From Candidatus Latescibacterota bacterium (GTDB lineage Bacteria; Latescibacterota; UBA2968; GCA-2709665), in the NCBI GenBank assembly GCA_965237675.1, contig OZ250150.1, positions 1,184,001 through 1,248,000 of the forward strand: 64,000 bases of DNA, read 5' to 3'. Below the pieces are notes generated by a model. It was given only the letters and a program-made list of their open reading frames with translations, ran no database searches and was not told the origin of the DNA. Positions 49,238 to 60,646 of this stretch are shown here, one piece after another. The position numbers and the translations under genes are program-made. How positions within the stretch are numbered: position 1 is the first letter of the stretch; each line of letters opens with the position of its first letter.

Positions 49238-50425
49238 TCAATCGCTGTGGGCGGGGTCCCGGGCGGCGCCGCGACCCGCTGCCGAAACCGCTTCCGCCGC
49301 TTCTTTCAACTCCCGTGCGACCGTGAATTTCAGATCCGAGTTCTCCAGAATTCTCGCGCCCTCTTCGGCGTTCGTCCCCTGCAGGCGTACCACGATCGGC
49401 AGGTCCACGGAAAAATTCTCGAGTGCCTGGACGACACCCTCGGCGACCCGGTCGCAACGCACGATGCCACCGAAAATATTGATTAGCACGGCCTTGACAC
49501 CGGCGTCAGACAGGAGGATACGGAAGGCGTTCTCTACCCGTTCCACGTTGGCGCCGCCGCCCACGTCCAGGAAATTGGCGGGGGACGATCCTGCATGTTC
49601 GACGATATCCATGGTTGCCATCGCCAAACCGGCGCCGTTGACCATGCAGCCGACCTCGCCGTCGAGTTTGATGTAGTTGAGATCGAATTTGGAGGCATCC
49701 ACTTCCAAAGGGTCTTCCTCATCGGTGTCGCGGAGTTCCCGTATGTCCCGGTGGCGGAAGAGCGCGTTGTCGTCGAAGTTCATTTTGGCGTCCAGAGCCA
49801 CAAGGTTGTCATCTGCGGTGACCACAAGGGGGTTGATCTCGGCCAGGGAACAGTCGGTGCCGATGTAGGCTGCACAGAGCCCGTCGATGAACCGCACCCC
49901 CTGCTTGAACGCTCCGGCTTCCAGGCCCAGGCCAAACGCCAGACGGCGGGCCTGGAAGGGCTGAAGGCCCACTGCCGGATCGACGGTTTCTTTGAGGATT
50001 TTTTCCGGCGTGGCGGCGGCCACTTCTTCAATGTCCACGCCACCTTCCCGGGAAGCCATGATGACCAGTTTGGACTGATCCCGGTCCAATACCACACCCA
50101 GGTAGAGTTCACGAGCGATATCGGTGGCGCTTTCGACCCACACCTGTTTGACGTTCTGCCCTTCAGGACCCGTCTGAGGGGTGACCAGTTTCCGGCCGAT
50201 CATGTCTTTTGCAACTCCGTAAGCCTCGTCCGGATCTTTGGCGAGTCTGATCCCGCCGCCCTTGCCCCGACCGCCGGCGTGGATTTGCGCCTTGACGACG
50301 ACGGCGCCGCCGATTTCCGCCGCCCCGCTTCTGGCTTCGTCGGCCGTTGTGGCCAGACGTCCATCGGGTACGGGTACGTTATACGATTTGAGGATTTCTT
50401 TGGCCTGGTATTCGTGGATCTTCAT
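49238..50425 (-). CDS. sucC: Succinyl-CoA synthetase beta subunit
   Basis: MKIHEYQAK, KAQIHAGGRGK, NGAGLAMAT and NFLDVGG motifs. Confidence 0.97.
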   Translation of the reverse strand: MKIHEYQAKEILKSYNVPVPDGRLATTADEARSGAAEIGGAVVVKAQIHAGGRGKGGGIRLAKDPDEAYGVAKDMIGRKLVTPQTGPEGQNVKQVWVESATDIARELYLGVVLDRDQSKLVIMASREGGVDIEEVAAATPEKILKETVDPAVGLQPFQARRLAFGLGLEAGAFKQGVRFIDGLCAAYIGTDCSLAEINPLVVTADDNLVALDAKMNFDDNALFRHRDIRELRDTDEEDPLEVDASKFDLNYIKLDGEVGCMVNGAGLAMATMDIVEHAGSSPANFLDVGGGANVERVENAFRILLSDAGVKAVLINIFGGIVRCDRVAEGVVQALENFSVDLPIVVRLQGTNAEEGARILENSDLKFTVARELKEAAEAVSAAGRGAARDPAHSD

Positions 50426-50470
50426 GGGGTCTCCTCGTGGGAGGGTCGCTGAGAGGCCACGGAGCGTGAT

Positions 50471-52045
50471 TCAGTAAACCTCTCTGAGGTCTTTCCCCGT
50501 CATGGCTTCCGGTTTGTGAAGGCCGAGCATGCCCAGAAAGGTGGGGGCCACGTCGCAGAGGCGGCCGCCGTCCCTGAGCCTGCCGTGGAACGCCGGATCG
50601 ACAAGGATAAAGGGCACGGGATTGGCCGTATGGGCGGTATGGGTTTCCCGGGTTTCAGGGTGAATCATCTGTTCTGCATTCCCGTGGTCCGCGGTGACGA
50701 TGGCGGCCCCTCCGACTTCGGCAATGGCCGCCAGGACCTGCCCCAGACATCGATCAACGGTCGTCACGGCGCTGACGGCCGCGTCCAGGACACCGGTGTG
50801 GCCGACCATATCGGGATTTGCGAAATTACAGATGGTGGCGTCGAATGTTCGAGAGTGGATCGCATCGACGAATTCTCGAGCGATGGCGGGCGCGCTCATT
50901 TCGGGTTTGTGGTCGTACGTGGGCACGTCCCTGGGCGACGGGATCAGAACACGCGCTTCGCCTTCGAAGGGATCCTCCTGCTGGCCGTTGAAGAAATAGG
51001 TGACGTGCGCGTACTTCTCGGTTTCGGCGATGCGAAGCTGCCGGAGACCCGCCTCGCTCAACGTCTTCCCGCAGACGTCCGGCAACTCCTGCGACAGATC
51101 TTGGGGCGAAAATGCGATCCCGTCCACGGGCAGGCCGGCTTCGTAACGCGTGAGGCACGTGTAGTGTACCCTTGGGCGGGCCTTCCGCTCAAAGCCGTCG
51201 AAGCCCGGCAGCACAAAGGCGCGGGTGATCTGCCGGCCCCGGTCGCTGCGAAAATTGAAGCAAAGCACGGAGTCGTCGTTCCCGGCGGTCGCCAACGGAT
51301 CCGCATTGGAGCCGGCGATGACGATCGGCTTGACAAACTCGTCGGTCTCGTTTCGATCGTAGGCGTCCCGCAGGGCCTGAAGCGGATCCTTTGCACGTAT
51401 CCCCTCGCCGAGTGTCATGGCGTCGTAGGCCACGCGAACGCGGTCCCAGCGCCGGTCCCTGTCCATGGCGAAGTAGCGGCCGCAAACGGTGGCGATTTTA
51501 CCCACTCCGGCCGACGCGCACATCTCCCGCAGGGCTGCCAGATGACGGATACCGCTTCTGGGAGGTGTGTCACGCCCGTCGAGCCATGCGTGGACGTAGA
51601 CCTGATCCGGTCTCATCCGGCGGCCGGCCGCCATTTTGAGCAGACCGTTGTAATGGTCGGGCCAGGAATGTACCCCGCCGTCGGACACCAGACCGATCAG
51701 ATGGAGGCGCCGATCCGTACCGGCAACCCGGTCCATCGATGCGATCAACGCTTCGTTCCGCTGAAAGCCGCCGTCCTTCACCCTGTCGTCGATCCGGGTG
51801 ACGGCCTGCATGACCACACGTCCCGCGCCAAGGTTGAGATGCCCGACTTCCGAGTTGCCGATCAATCCATCGGGCAGGCCCACGCTGCCTCCGCAGGTCC
51901 GGAGGGTCGTGGACGGGAACGTCGCGCCGATCCGGTCCATCGTAGGCGTATCGGCCAGCGCGACCGCGTTGTGGTCCTCACTGGAAGCCAGGCCCCAACC
52001 GTCGAGAATAATCAGCGCGACAAAACGTCGTTCAGCACGGGTCAT
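50471..52045 (-). CDS. gpmI: 2,3-bisphosphoglycerate-independent phosphoglycerate mutase
   Basis: ILDGWG, GNSEVGH, AETEKYAHVT, NPDMVGHTG and TADHGN motifs. Confidence 0.97.
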   Translation of the reverse strand: MTRAERRFVALIILDGWGLASSEDHNAVALADTPTMDRIGATFPSTTLRTCGGSVGLPDGLIGNSEVGHLNLGAGRVVMQAVTRIDDRVKDGGFQRNEALIASMDRVAGTDRRLHLIGLVSDGGVHSWPDHYNGLLKMAAGRRMRPDQVYVHAWLDGRDTPPRSGIRHLAALREMCASAGVGKIATVCGRYFAMDRDRRWDRVRVAYDAMTLGEGIRAKDPLQALRDAYDRNETDEFVKPIVIAGSNADPLATAGNDDSVLCFNFRSDRGRQITRAFVLPGFDGFERKARPRVHYTCLTRYEAGLPVDGIAFSPQDLSQELPDVCGKTLSEAGLRQLRIAETEKYAHVTYFFNGQQEDPFEGEARVLIPSPRDVPTYDHKPEMSAPAIAREFVDAIHSRTFDATICNFANPDMVGHTGVLDAAVSAVTTVDRCLGQVLAAIAEVGGAAIVTADHGNAEQMIHPETRETHTAHTANPVPFILVDPAFHGRLRDGGRLCDVAPTFLGMLGLHKPEAMTGKDLREVY

Positions 52046-52103
52046 CACAGAGTCGGAAAATACGGGTTTGGCATAAGAAAGGCAAGTTGAAACGGGAATG
52101 AAA

Positions 52104-52991
52104 TCAGCCCGGGCCGGAGAGGTTCGAGGGGATGGTTTTCCTGAGCATCCGGTGGAAAGATCTTACGATAGGACGGGCGAAAGCGGTGCTTCGACCGACA
52201 AGCGCGATCGGCCGTGAGAGCCCGGGATCGGGGAATCGAATAAGCCCCCGTTCGGGAATGCCCAGCGCCCTGGCGATACCCAGCGGCACGAGCCCGTGGC
52301 CGAATCCGCATCGGGCCATCTGGGCGATGCCCGCAAAGGACTGAAGGGTCTGTACGGTTTCGATGTGTATGTTCCATTTCCCTGAGAGGGCCCTGATCCG
52401 CTGTTCCAGGTGGCGCCAGGTCGCGGCATGGGGTTCGATCGTGATGACGGGAAGGGTTGTATCGGGGCGCAGTCGAAACGGCTTCAGACCGGAGGGCACC
52501 AGGACCATGGGCTCGTCAACGAGGGGCTCCGACGTCACGTCGGCGCTGTATTCCCCCAGGTCCGCGCACAGCGCGAGCATGTATTCGCCCGAGCGGACAT
52601 TGTCAATGGCGACCGGGCTTCTGTGGGCATTGATGACGAGTTCAAGCTGCGGGATGGCCTGTACCACGTCGGCCAGGACGCGCGAACCCCAGGAGGACAA
52701 AATGGATTCGGAGATGCCGATCACGAGGCGGCTGCCCTGAACGGGGGACTCGTCCGCCACGGCCTCCCGCAAAGCGGCCATGAACGGCGCGGTTTTTTCC
52801 AGCAGTTGGATGCCCGCGGCCGTGAGCCGGACCCGTCTGCCAACGGGTTCGACGAGTTTCCGCCCCAGCGCATTCTCGAGTGCGTCGATGCGTTTGCTTA
52901 CGGCCGACTGGGAGATACGCAGCCGTGTGCCCGCCTTTGTCATGGTGCCGGCTTCGGAAAGCGCGGCGAGGGTTTCTATGTTGTCGATCAT
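52104..52991 (-). CDS. LysR family transcriptional regulator
   Basis: HTH TKAGTRLRISQSAVSKRI...LE...LTAAG; GGAGG RBS. Confidence 0.92.
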   Translation of the reverse strand: MIDNIETLAALSEAGTMTKAGTRLRISQSAVSKRIDALENALGRKLVEPVGRRVRLTAAGIQLLEKTAPFMAALREAVADESPVQGSRLVIGISESILSSWGSRVLADVVQAIPQLELVINAHRSPVAIDNVRSGEYMLALCADLGEYSADVTSEPLVDEPMVLVPSGLKPFRLRPDTTLPVITIEPHAATWRHLEQRIRALSGKWNIHIETVQTLQSFAGIAQMARCGFGHGLVPLGIARALGIPERGLIRFPDPGLSRPIALVGRSTAFARPIVRSFHRMLRKTIPSNLSGPG

Positions 52992-53053
52992 AACGCAACG
53001 TCCTCGGTATAGGCAATCCTCCCGCGCCCTCCGGTCCGACGACACCTCGCTAC

Positions 53054-53099
53054 CACTCCCCCTTGAGGGGGAGTCGCCGCCTCCGGCGGCGGTGGGGGG
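53054..53099. repeat. REP-like palindrome cactccccct...ggtgggggg
   Basis: actcccccttgagggggagt and cgccgcc..ggcggcg hairpins; relative at 62997-63059. Confidence 0.65.
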
Positions 53100-53215
53100 A
53101 CCCGCCCGTGCGCGCTACGCCTCCTCCCCTGGGAGCGCGGGCACCTGCCCGAGCCGATTTCTGCTCGGCACGAAGGTCCTGCCCGCCCGGGGTTCCGGCT
53201 AGACAGTGACAATCT

Positions 53216-53230
53216 ATTCCTATTAGGAAT
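53216..53230. promoter_or_regulatory. Putative LysR recognition box
   Basis: Perfect palindrome ATTCCTA-T-TAGGAAT (T-N11-A core) in the AT-rich divergent region. Confidence 0.55.
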
Positions 53231-53325
53231 ATTATCTATAACAACGATTCGTTTTTGTATTGTATTGAATTTAGCTAAATTTGATCCGGATGTAAAGAGG
53301 GAACCCGCGAATCGCAAAGGCGGGG

Positions 53326-53355
53326 GATGGTAACATATTTCTGGGACAGGACACT
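53326..53355. repeat. Solo end of the MITE-like family
   Basis: gatggtaacatatttctgggacaggacact resembles the right ends at 3861 and 33989. Confidence 0.55.
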
Positions 53356-53438
53356 GAATTTCGGCTTGCAAACTTTAGATAATGTGATATCTTATGTAAG
53401 TATCTCTTTGATTCGATTAGACCGGACGCACGGTATAT

Positions 53439-53566
53439 GTAGGGGCAACCCTTGTGGTTGCCCACATATTGGCGAGGATATCGCTGGTTGGTATCGCTAA
53501 CCGGTGTTAGCTGACAGCTGGTAGCTGTTTTTCCAGTAACGAGGGCGACCGGCCGGTCGTCCCTAC
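53439..53566. repeat. Inverted GTAG-type REP doublet (REPIN-like)
   Basis: GTAG-gggcaacccttgtggttgccc ... gggcgaccggccggtcgtcc-CTAC. Confidence 0.7.
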
Positions 53567-53670
53567 CAAAATCAGGCATCCGTGAACTGATATCACAATG
53601 CCGAATCGCTAGCCGGTGTTGGCTGACTGCTGATAGCTGACCGCTGATAGCTGTTGTTCCTGACCGCTGA
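53493..53670. repeat. 35-bp imperfect direct repeat plus gctgaNN heptamer tract
   Basis: atcgctaaccggtgttagctgacagctggtagctg (53493) versus atcgctagccggtgttggctgactgctgatagctg (53605). Confidence 0.7.
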
Positions 53671-53729
53671 CCTCTTTTTCTTCTCACGTCTTACGTCTCT
53701 CTTCTTACCGCCTTTTGAGGATTCCCGTT

Positions 53730-56429
53730 ATGAGCAACGTTAAGGATCCGTTTGGATTACGTGACGTGTTGTCCACTGCCGGCGGTGAGGTCCGGATCTA
53801 TCGCCTGGATCAATTGGAAACGTCCGGCGTCGGAGCGATTTCGCGATTGCCGTTCACCATAAAGGTGTTGCTGGAGGCCGCGCTGCGGAATCTGGACGGT
53901 TATCTGGTAACCGAAGACGACGTGGCGGGGCTGGCCGGATGGAAGGCGGCGGCGCCGACGCAGGCGGAGATCCCTTTCAGGCCGGCGCGCGTGGTGTTGC
54001 AGGATTTTACCGGCGTGCCCTCCCTGGTCGATCTGGCCGCGCTTCGTTCCGCCATGGCCCGGATGGGAAAAGATCCGCGGCGGATCGAGCCGCAGATTCC
54101 GGCCGACCTGGTGATCGACCATTCGGTGCAGGTCGACCGGTTTGCCCGCCATGACGCGCTGCGTATCAACGCGGACATCGAATTTGAACGGAACCGGGAA
54201 CGGTATGAGTTCCTGAGGTGGGGAGCCAATGCGTTCGAGAAGTTTCACGTGGTACCGCCCGCTACGGGAATCGTGCACCAGGTGAACCTGGAATACCTGG
54301 CGAAGGGCGTGGTGCGCCAGCGAGGCGTGGCGTTTCCGGACAGCCTGGTCGGAACCGATTCCCATACCACAATGATCAACGGCCTGGGCGTGTTGGGTTG
54401 GGGCGTTGGCGGGATCGAGGCCGAGGCGGTCATGTTGGGGCAGCCAATTTATATGGCGACGCCCGAGGTGGTGGGCTTCAAGCTGCACGGAAGCCTGCCC
54501 GACGGCGCCACGGCTACCGATCTGGCGCTGACGGTCACCCAGATGCTGCGCGCAAAAGGGGTGGTCGGCAAGTTTGTGGAGTTCTACGGCACGGGGCTGT
54601 CGAGCATCAGCCTTGCCGACCGCGCAACCATCGCCAATATGGCACCGGAATACGGCGCAACCGTGGGTTTCTTTCCTGTAGACGCGGAGACGTTGCGTTA
54701 CCTGGAGCGCACCGCGCGATCGGAGGAGGAAGTCGACCTGGTGGCACAATATACCCGGGCGCAGGGCTTGTTCCGCACGGACGAAACGCCGGAACCCGTG
54801 TTTACGGAAACGCTCGAGATGGACCTGGGCGGCGTGGAACCGAGTCTGGCGGGGCCGAAACGGCCGCAGGACCGCGTGCCGCTGGACGCCATGAAGCGGG
54901 GTTTCGAGCAGGCGTTGGCATCACCCGTCGGTCACAGCGGATTCGGGGTGGACGAGGCCGTCCGCGGGAGGAAGTTGACCGTGGCGGCCAACGGTGGGTC
55001 TCAGATCGGACACGGCGCGGTGGTGATCGCGGCGATTACGAGTTGCACGAACACGAGCAATCCCACGGTGATGGTTGGCGCGGGACTTCTGGCCAGGAAG
55101 GCGGTGGAACGGGGGCTCACGGTGCCGTCCCACGTGAAAACAAGCCTGGCGCCGGGGTCGCGTGTGGTAACGGATTATCTGAATGCGGCGGGGCTGACGC
55201 CCTACCTGGAGCAACTCGGATTCCACACGGTCGGATATGGATGCACCACCTGCATCGGAAACAGCGGCCCGCTGCCGGCGTCCGTGGTGGCGGCAATTGA
55301 CGAAGGCGACCTGGTGGCGGCATCGGTCCTGTCTGGAAACCGGAATTTCGAGGGACGGGTAAACCCTCACGTAAAGGCGAACTACCTGGCGTCTCCGCCC
55401 CTGGTGGTTGCCTACGCGCTGGCGGGCAGGGTTGACGTGGACCTGGCGAACGAGCCTCTGGGCGAGGATGCCGATGGTCATCCGGTAACCCTGAGGGACA
55501 TCTGGCCCACCCAGCAGGAAATCGCCGATACCATTGCAGAGGCCCTGAAACCCGAGATGTTCGCAACGCAGTACAGCAACGTCTTCGACGGGAACGAGAC
55601 GTGGAACGCCATTGTCGGGCAGGAATCGGCGCTCTATTCCTGGAACGAGGGCAGCACCTACGTGCTGGAGCCGCCATTCTTCCGGGACCTGTCGGAAAAA
55701 CCGGCGCCGATTCGGGAAATTCACGGCGCCCGGGTGCTCGTGATGTTGGGCGATTCCGTGACAACCGACCACATTTCACCGGCGGGCAGTATTGCCGTGG
55801 ACAGCCCGGCGGGACGGTACCTGATCGAAAAAGGAGTGGCGCCAAAGGATTTCAACTCGTACGGATCCCGGCGCGGCAATCACGAAGTGATGGTGCGCGG
55901 CACATTTGCAAATATCCGCATCCGAAACTTGCTGGCACCCGGGACGGAAGGCGGCGTCACCGTCCATCTGCCCCGCGGCGAGCAGATGCGAATCTACGAT
56001 GCGGCGACACGCTATGCACAGGAGGGTGTGCCGCTGATTGTCATGGCCGGAAAGGAATACGGAGCGGGTTCGTCACGCGACTGGGCGGCCAAAGGGCCGG
56101 CGCTGCAGGGGGTTCGAGCCGTGATTGCCGAGAGTTACGAACGAATTCACCGCAGCAATCTGGTGGGGATGGGCGTACTGCCGTTACAGTTCAAGCAGGG
56201 CGAAACCGCGGCTTCGCTGGGACTCATGGGACGAGAGGTCTTCGATATCACGGGCATCGGCGACGACCTGCGCCTGCTTCAGGACGCAACGGTCACGGCG
56301 ACCGCCCCGGATGGAACCGTGACGACATTTGCCACCACGGTGCGCATCGACACGCCCGTGGAAATTGACTATTATCGGAACGGAGGCATTCTGCACTCGG
56401 TGCTGAGAACCTATCTGAACGAAACCTGA
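53730..56429 (+). CDS. acnA: Aconitate hydratase A
   Basis: [34 protein letters not shown] and [10 protein letters not shown] motifs. Confidence 0.98.
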   Translation: MSNVKDPFGLRDVLSTAGGEVRIYRLDQLETSGVGAISRLPFTIKVLLEAALRNLDGYLVTEDDVAGLAGWKAAAPTQAEIPFRPARVVLQDFTGVPSLVDLAALRSAMARMGKDPRRIEPQIPADLVIDHSVQVDRFARHDALRINADIEFERNRERYEFLRWGANAFEKFHVVPPATGIVHQVNLEYLAKGVVRQRGVAFPDSLVGTDSHTTMINGLGVLGWGVGGIEAEAVMLGQPIYMATPEVVGFKLHGSLPDGATATDLALTVTQMLRAKGVVGKFVEFYGTGLSSISLADRATIANMAPEYGATVGFFPVDAETLRYLERTARSEEEVDLVAQYTRAQGLFRTDETPEPVFTETLEMDLGGVEPSLAGPKRPQDRVPLDAMKRGFEQALASPVGHSGFGVDEAVRGRKLTVAANGGSQIGHGAVVIAAITSCTNTSNPTVMVGAGLLARKAVERGLTVPSHVKTSLAPGSRVVTDYLNAAGLTPYLEQLGFHTVGYGCTTCIGNSGPLPASVVAAIDEGDLVAASVLSGNRNFEGRVNPHVKANYLASPPLVVAYALAGRVDVDLANEPLGEDADGHPVTLRDIWPTQQEIADTIAEALKPEMFATQYSNVFDGNETWNAIVGQESALYSWNEGSTYVLEPPFFRDLSEKPAPIREIHGARVLVMLGDSVTTDHISPAGSIAVDSPAGRYLIEKGVAPKDFNSYGSRRGNHEVMVRGTFANIRIRNLLAPGTEGGVTVHLPRGEQMRIYDAATRYAQEGVPLIVMAGKEYGAGSSRDWAAKGPALQGVRAVIAESYERIHRSNLVGMGVLPLQFKQGETAASLGLMGREVFDITGIGDDLRLLQDATVTATAPDGTVTTFATTVRIDTPVEIDYYRNGGILHSVLRTYLNET

Positions 56430-56484
56430 TCTCCGGCTCAGAACCGGCCAGGGATGAGAAACAGCTCCCCGCCCGGCGGCCCTG

Positions 56485-56520
56485 AAAAAGAAAAGGGCCG
56501 GATCGTTCAGGTCCCCGGCC
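56485..56520 (-). terminator. Putative terminator after mdh
   Basis: ggccgg/ccggcc stem with a T-rich tract on the minus strand. Confidence 0.5.
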
Positions 56521-56556
56521 GTGTGTAAAATTCGGATGTCAAATCGAAGGCTGTTC

Positions 56557-57480
56557 TCAGAAGGTCAGTTTCCGGACGCTCGATCGAACGGCCTCGGCGG
56601 AGGCCTGAAACGCATTCTGTTCGTCCGGCGTGAGACCGATTTCGATGATCTCCTCTACGCCGGAAGCACCCAGCTTAACGGGCACACCCATAAACAGATC
56701 GTGAATGCCGTATTGGCCGGTGAGCCAGGCAGCGCATGGAAGGATGCGTTTTTTGTCCCGCGCAATGGCCGCCACCATTTCGGCAATGGCGGACGCGGGC
56801 GCATAATAGGCGCTGCCCGTTTTGAGGTGTCCGACAATTTCGGCGCCGCCATTTCGGGTGCGTTCAACCAGCCGGTCGATGGCGGCTTCGTCTAACAGTT
56901 CGGAGAGTGGAATGCCGGCAACGGATGAGTAACGGGGCAGGGGCAGCATGGAATCGCCGTGGCCGCCCAGAACGAATGCGGTCACGTCTTCCACGGAAAC
57001 GTCCAGTTCACCCGCGATGAAATAACGAAACCGCGCGGAATCCAAAATGCCCGCCATGCCAACGACACGTGCGGGCGAAAACTCCGTAACTTTCAGCGCC
57101 ACGTAAGCCATTGCGTCGAGGGGATTGGTTACGACGATAACAATGGCGTCGGGCGCTGTTTCTTTGACACGTTCGCAAACCGAGCCGACGATATCGGCGT
57201 TTGTGGACAGCAGGTCGTCCCGGGTCATGCCGGGCTTACGCGCCAGACCCGCGGTGATGACGACGATGTCGGATCCGGACACGCTGCCTGAATCGCTCGA
57301 ACCGACAACCCGGGTGTCAAAGCGGTCAACCGGCGACGCCTCGGCCAGGTCCAGGGCTTTACCCTGAGGAATTCCCTCGGCGACGTCCAGCAGGATCAGT
57401 TCGCGGGCGAGTTCCCGTTCCGCAATATGCTGAGCGGCGGTCGCTCCCACGTTGCCGGCGCCAACCACTGCGATCTTCAA
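56557..57480 (-). CDS. mdh: Malate dehydrogenase (LDH-like)
   Basis: [31 protein letters not shown] and GSAYYAP motifs; TTG start. Confidence 0.96.
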   Translation of the reverse strand: MKIAVVGAGNVGATAAQHIAERELARELILLDVAEGIPQGKALDLAEASPVDRFDTRVVGSSDSGSVSGSDIVVITAGLARKPGMTRDDLLSTNADIVGSVCERVKETAPDAIVIVVTNPLDAMAYVALKVTEFSPARVVGMAGILDSARFRYFIAGELDVSVEDVTAFVLGGHGDSMLPLPRYSSVAGIPLSELLDEAAIDRLVERTRNGGAEIVGHLKTGSAYYAPASAIAEMVAAIARDKKRILPCAAWLTGQYGIHDLFMGVPVKLGASGVEEIIEIGLTPDEQNAFQASAEAVRSSVRKLTF

Positions 57481-57487
57481 TGCTCGG

Positions 57488-57748
57488 CTACTCCGCCTTG
57501 GGGTAAACGCTGACCTTTTTGTGGCGTTTGTCCACGTTCTGGAAGGTCACAATTCCGTCTGCCAGCGCAAAAAGAGAATCGTCTTTGCCGCGCCTTACCA
57601 TGTCTCCGGGATGGATACGGGTGCCGCGTTGCCGGATAATGATGCTGCCCGCGGTGACAAACTGACCGCCAAAGGCTTTGACGCCCAGGCGCTGTCCCCG
57701 GCTGTCGCGGCCGTTCCGGGAGCTTCCGACCCCTTTTTTGTGGGCCAT
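57488..57748 (-). CDS. rpmA: 50S ribosomal protein L27
   Basis: [16 protein letters not shown]. Confidence 0.98.
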   Translation of the reverse strand: MAHKKGVGSSRNGRDSRGQRLGVKAFGGQFVTAGSIIIRQRGTRIHPGDMVRRGKDDSLFALADGIVTFQNVDKRHKKVSVYPKAE

Positions 57749-57820
57749 TTCGTTGACCTCCTCACCCTGCCTCCGGTGGAATCCGGACTTCCTGAGACCG
57801 TGCGAAAACCAGGGATGGGT

Positions 57821-58132
57821 TTATGCTGAAATGCCGTCGATCCGGAGTTCCGTATAGGGCTGCCGATGGCCGTTTTTCCGCCGGTAGCCCTTTCGACGTT
57901 TCATTTTGAAGACGATGATTTTGTCGTGCTTTCCGTGCCCCAGGACACTGGCCTCCACGGCAGCCCCTTCAACCTGCGGTCTGCCGATGCTGGTTTCGCC
58001 ATCTTTCGATACCAGCAGAACCCGATCCAGGGTGAGTGATTCTCCAGCCTCGGCTTTCAGGCGGGAGACGCGAATGCGATCTCCTTCCTGAACTTTGACC
58101 TGCTGGCCGGCGATTTCGACAACGGCGTACAT
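57821..58132 (-). CDS. rplU: 50S ribosomal protein L21
   Basis: MYAVVEIAGQQ...GHRQPYT; GGAGG RBS. Confidence 0.97.
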   Translation of the reverse strand: MYAVVEIAGQQVKVQEGDRIRVSRLKAEAGESLTLDRVLLVSKDGETSIGRPQVEGAAVEASVLGHGKHDKIIVFKMKRRKGYRRKNGHRQPYTELRIDGISA

Positions 58133-58194
58133 GAAAAAACCTCCGGAAAACGATTTGGTACATCCGTCCGTTTCAACCGCGAAACGGGCCGGAA

Positions 58195-58223
58195 ACGGTA
58201 ACAAAGACGGGGGGTTTTGTCAA
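58195..58223 (-). promoter_or_regulatory. Putative promoter of rplU-rpmA, overlapping the rne/rng stop codon
   Basis: TTGACA-17 nt-TACCGT with an extended -10 TG. Confidence 0.55.
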
Positions 58224-59761
58224 GTTTTAAATTTGTCCGTAATGTCCAGGTTTTGTTTCCGGGAATGCATCCGGTAGGCGTCGACCTGCAGATCGGGGTC
58301 ATTTTCCACGTTCAGCCACACCCGCGTGGACCGTCGCAGCCTCTTCAGGCGTTCGCGACGGTTTTCAAGGATGAATTCTCCGACCGTGGGGTTGACGTGC
58401 ACGGTAAGTCTGCGCTCAACCGAGGCGGCCCGGGACCGCTTGAGCCACCGCTCGATGCGGGCAAGGGTGAACTCCCGGCTGGGCACGCGCCCGCTGCCGT
58501 GGCAGTCGGGACAGGATTCGCTGAAGGTGAACATAAGGCTCGGGCGAACCCTCTGGCGGGTCATCTCCATGAGGCCGAACTCGCTGATCTCCGAAAAGCG
58601 GGGCTTGGACCGGTCCCGGCGGACGGCCTGTCGGAATTCAGATTCCACCTTTTTGCGGTTCTGGACAAAGGCCATGTCGATGAAATCGATCACGATGATA
58701 CCACCGATATCGCGCAGGCGAAGCTGCCGTGGGATCTCGCCTGCGGCCTCGAGGTTGATTTTCAACACGTTATCTTCCTGGTTCGACCGGCCGACGAACC
58801 GGCCGCTATTCACGTCGATGGCAAATAAAGCCTCGGTGTGGTCCAGAACCAGGTATCCGCCGCCCTTCAGCCAGACCTTGCGGTCCGAGCATTTCTCAAT
58901 TTCACTTTCGATACCGAAGGCGTCGAAGATGGGTGTGCTGTCTCTGTGGTATTCCACCCGGCTACGGAGATGGGGCGAAGTGGATTTGAGATAAGCCAGT
59001 ATCTTCTTGTATTCCTGTTTTGCGTCAACCACCAGGCGGTCGACGTCGTCGGTAAACAGGTCGCGGATCAGACTGGACGTCATGCCCATTTCTTTGTGTA
59101 AAATGCTGGCCGCATCGGCGTTTCCGTATAGTTTCTGGACGCGCGACCAGACATTCATCAATTGCTTCAGGTCTCGCATCATCTCCCGGTCGCCCTTGCC
59201 GGAGGCTTCGGTCCGCACGATGATGCCAAAACCGTCGGGGCGGATGTCGTGGCCGAGTTCCTTCAGCCTTCGTTTTTCGGAGATGTTGGTGATCTTCCGG
59301 GAAACACCCACCTTCTCCCCGTTGGGCACCAGCACCATAAACCGCCCTGGCAGGGAGGGCACCGCCGTCACCCTGGGCCCTTTGGTGCCGATGGGTTCTT
59401 TCTTGACCTGGACAAGAACGTGCTGGCCCTTCCGGATGAGTTCCTCTATGGGAATGACCGATTTGCCGTTTACGTGGGTCCTGGCGTCGATTTCCTCAAG
59501 GGTTTCTTCATCCAGCCCCACCATTGACCCGGGCGAACCGGGCATATCTGAGGCATGAAGAAAAGCGCTTTTCTCCAGGCCGATATCCACAAAGGCGGCC
59601 TGCATTCCGGGGAGTACCGCAGCAACGGTTCCTTTGTAGATATCGCCGACCATGCGCTCGTTCTCGGCGAATTCGACGAGAATTTCAACCAACTTTCCAT
59701 CTTCCAGGACAGCAATTCGAGATTCGTGAGACCCTACGTTAATAATTATTTCGTTCTTCAC
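58220..59761 (-). CDS. Rne/Rng family ribonuclease (short, RNase G-like)
   Basis: GDIYKG S1 domain, AAFVDIG, IDVNSG, LRDIGGIIVIDFIDM and CPDCHGSG; GTG start. Confidence 0.95.
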   Translation of the reverse strand: MKNEIIINVGSHESRIAVLEDGKLVEILVEFAENERMVGDIYKGTVAAVLPGMQAAFVDIGLEKSAFLHASDMPGSPGSMVGLDEETLEEIDARTHVNGKSVIPIEELIRKGQHVLVQVKKEPIGTKGPRVTAVPSLPGRFMVLVPNGEKVGVSRKITNISEKRRLKELGHDIRPDGFGIIVRTEASGKGDREMMRDLKQLMNVWSRVQKLYGNADAASILHKEMGMTSSLIRDLFTDDVDRLVVDAKQEYKKILAYLKSTSPHLRSRVEYHRDSTPIFDAFGIESEIEKCSDRKVWLKGGGYLVLDHTEALFAIDVNSGRFVGRSNQEDNVLKINLEAAGEIPRQLRLRDIGGIIVIDFIDMAFVQNRKKVESEFRQAVRRDRSKPRFSEISEFGLMEMTRQRVRPSLMFTFSESCPDCHGSGRVPSREFTLARIERWLKRSRAASVERRLTVHVNPTVGEFILENRRERLKRLRRSTRVWLNVENDPDLQVDAYRMHSRKQNLDITDKFKT

Positions 59762-59908
59762 TCGCACCTCATCCTTCTTCACAAATAAACATCTGGTATT
59801 ATTGTATGTTACAGAAATGTAACAAAAACCCGAACGATAGACAAGGAGATTGTTCCAACGCGGCAGCATGAACGCGTGACCAGTCGTTCGATCTGCGGAT
59901 AGGAAACT

Positions 59909-60646
59909 CTACTTTGCGACATCCCGTCTTGGGAAGATGGTGATTTCTTCGACGATCGCCCGGCCGGGTAGCTGCGCGACCATCAGCGCGGCGGCGGCGA
60001 TGTCTTCCGGCGGAAGCGCGGCGGCCCGTTTTTCGTCGGAGACAGGGTTGGGGCGAAGATCCAGGATGGGGGTGTCGACCTCTCCCGGAAAGATGCAACA
60101 CGCCCGGATGCCGGCCTGGCGGAACTCGGCGTTGATGGACTGGTTCAGGGCGGCCATTCCAAATTTGGATGCGCAGTAGGCCACCCCCGCGACCATGCCG
60201 GACCGTTTGCCTGCCATGGAAGAGATATTGATGACCAGGCCGTCGCCCTGTTTCTCCATGTGCGGCATGACGGCCCGAAATGCGTTGAATGCGCCCGTGA
60301 GATTGATATCCACAACCCGATCCCAGTCCTCGTCGGATATATCTCTGAGGCCGCGCTTCAGGGTGTTGATACCGGCGTTGTTCACCAGGATATCGATCCG
60401 CCCGAAACGCTCGATGGCGCGATCCGAGAGGGTTTTGACAGACTCCCGGGAGGTGACGTCGGCCGGTACACACAGCGTCTCTGTTTGGGGATTGCGCGCT
60501 GCGTCGGCGGTTTCTTCCAGGACTTCGGCGCGGCGTCCGGCAACGACGCAATTCATACCTGCATTGGAAAAAGCGACGGCGATGGCGCGGCCGATGCCCG
60601 TGCCGGCGCCCGTGATGATGGCGGTTTTGGGGTCAGTGCCTGTCAT
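59909..60646 (-). CDS. SDR family oxidoreductase
   Basis: TGAGTGIG, NNAG, YCASK and PGEVDT motifs. Confidence 0.92.
   Translation of the reverse strand: MTGTDPKTAIITGAGTGIGRAIAVAFSNAGMNCVVAGRRAEVLEETADAARNPQTETLCVPADVTSRESVKTLSDRAIERFGRIDILVNNAGINTLKRGLRDISDEDWDRVVDINLTGAFNAFRAVMPHMEKQGDGLVINISSMAGKRSGMVAGVAYCASKFGMAALNQSINAEFRQAGIRACCIFPGEVDTPILDLRPNPVSDEKRAAALPPEDIAAAALMVAQLPGRAIVEEITIFPRRDVAK

Noticed and set aside
53493-53670. CRISPR-like repeats
   Set aside because: Only two imperfect copies built from heptamers, with irregular spacing
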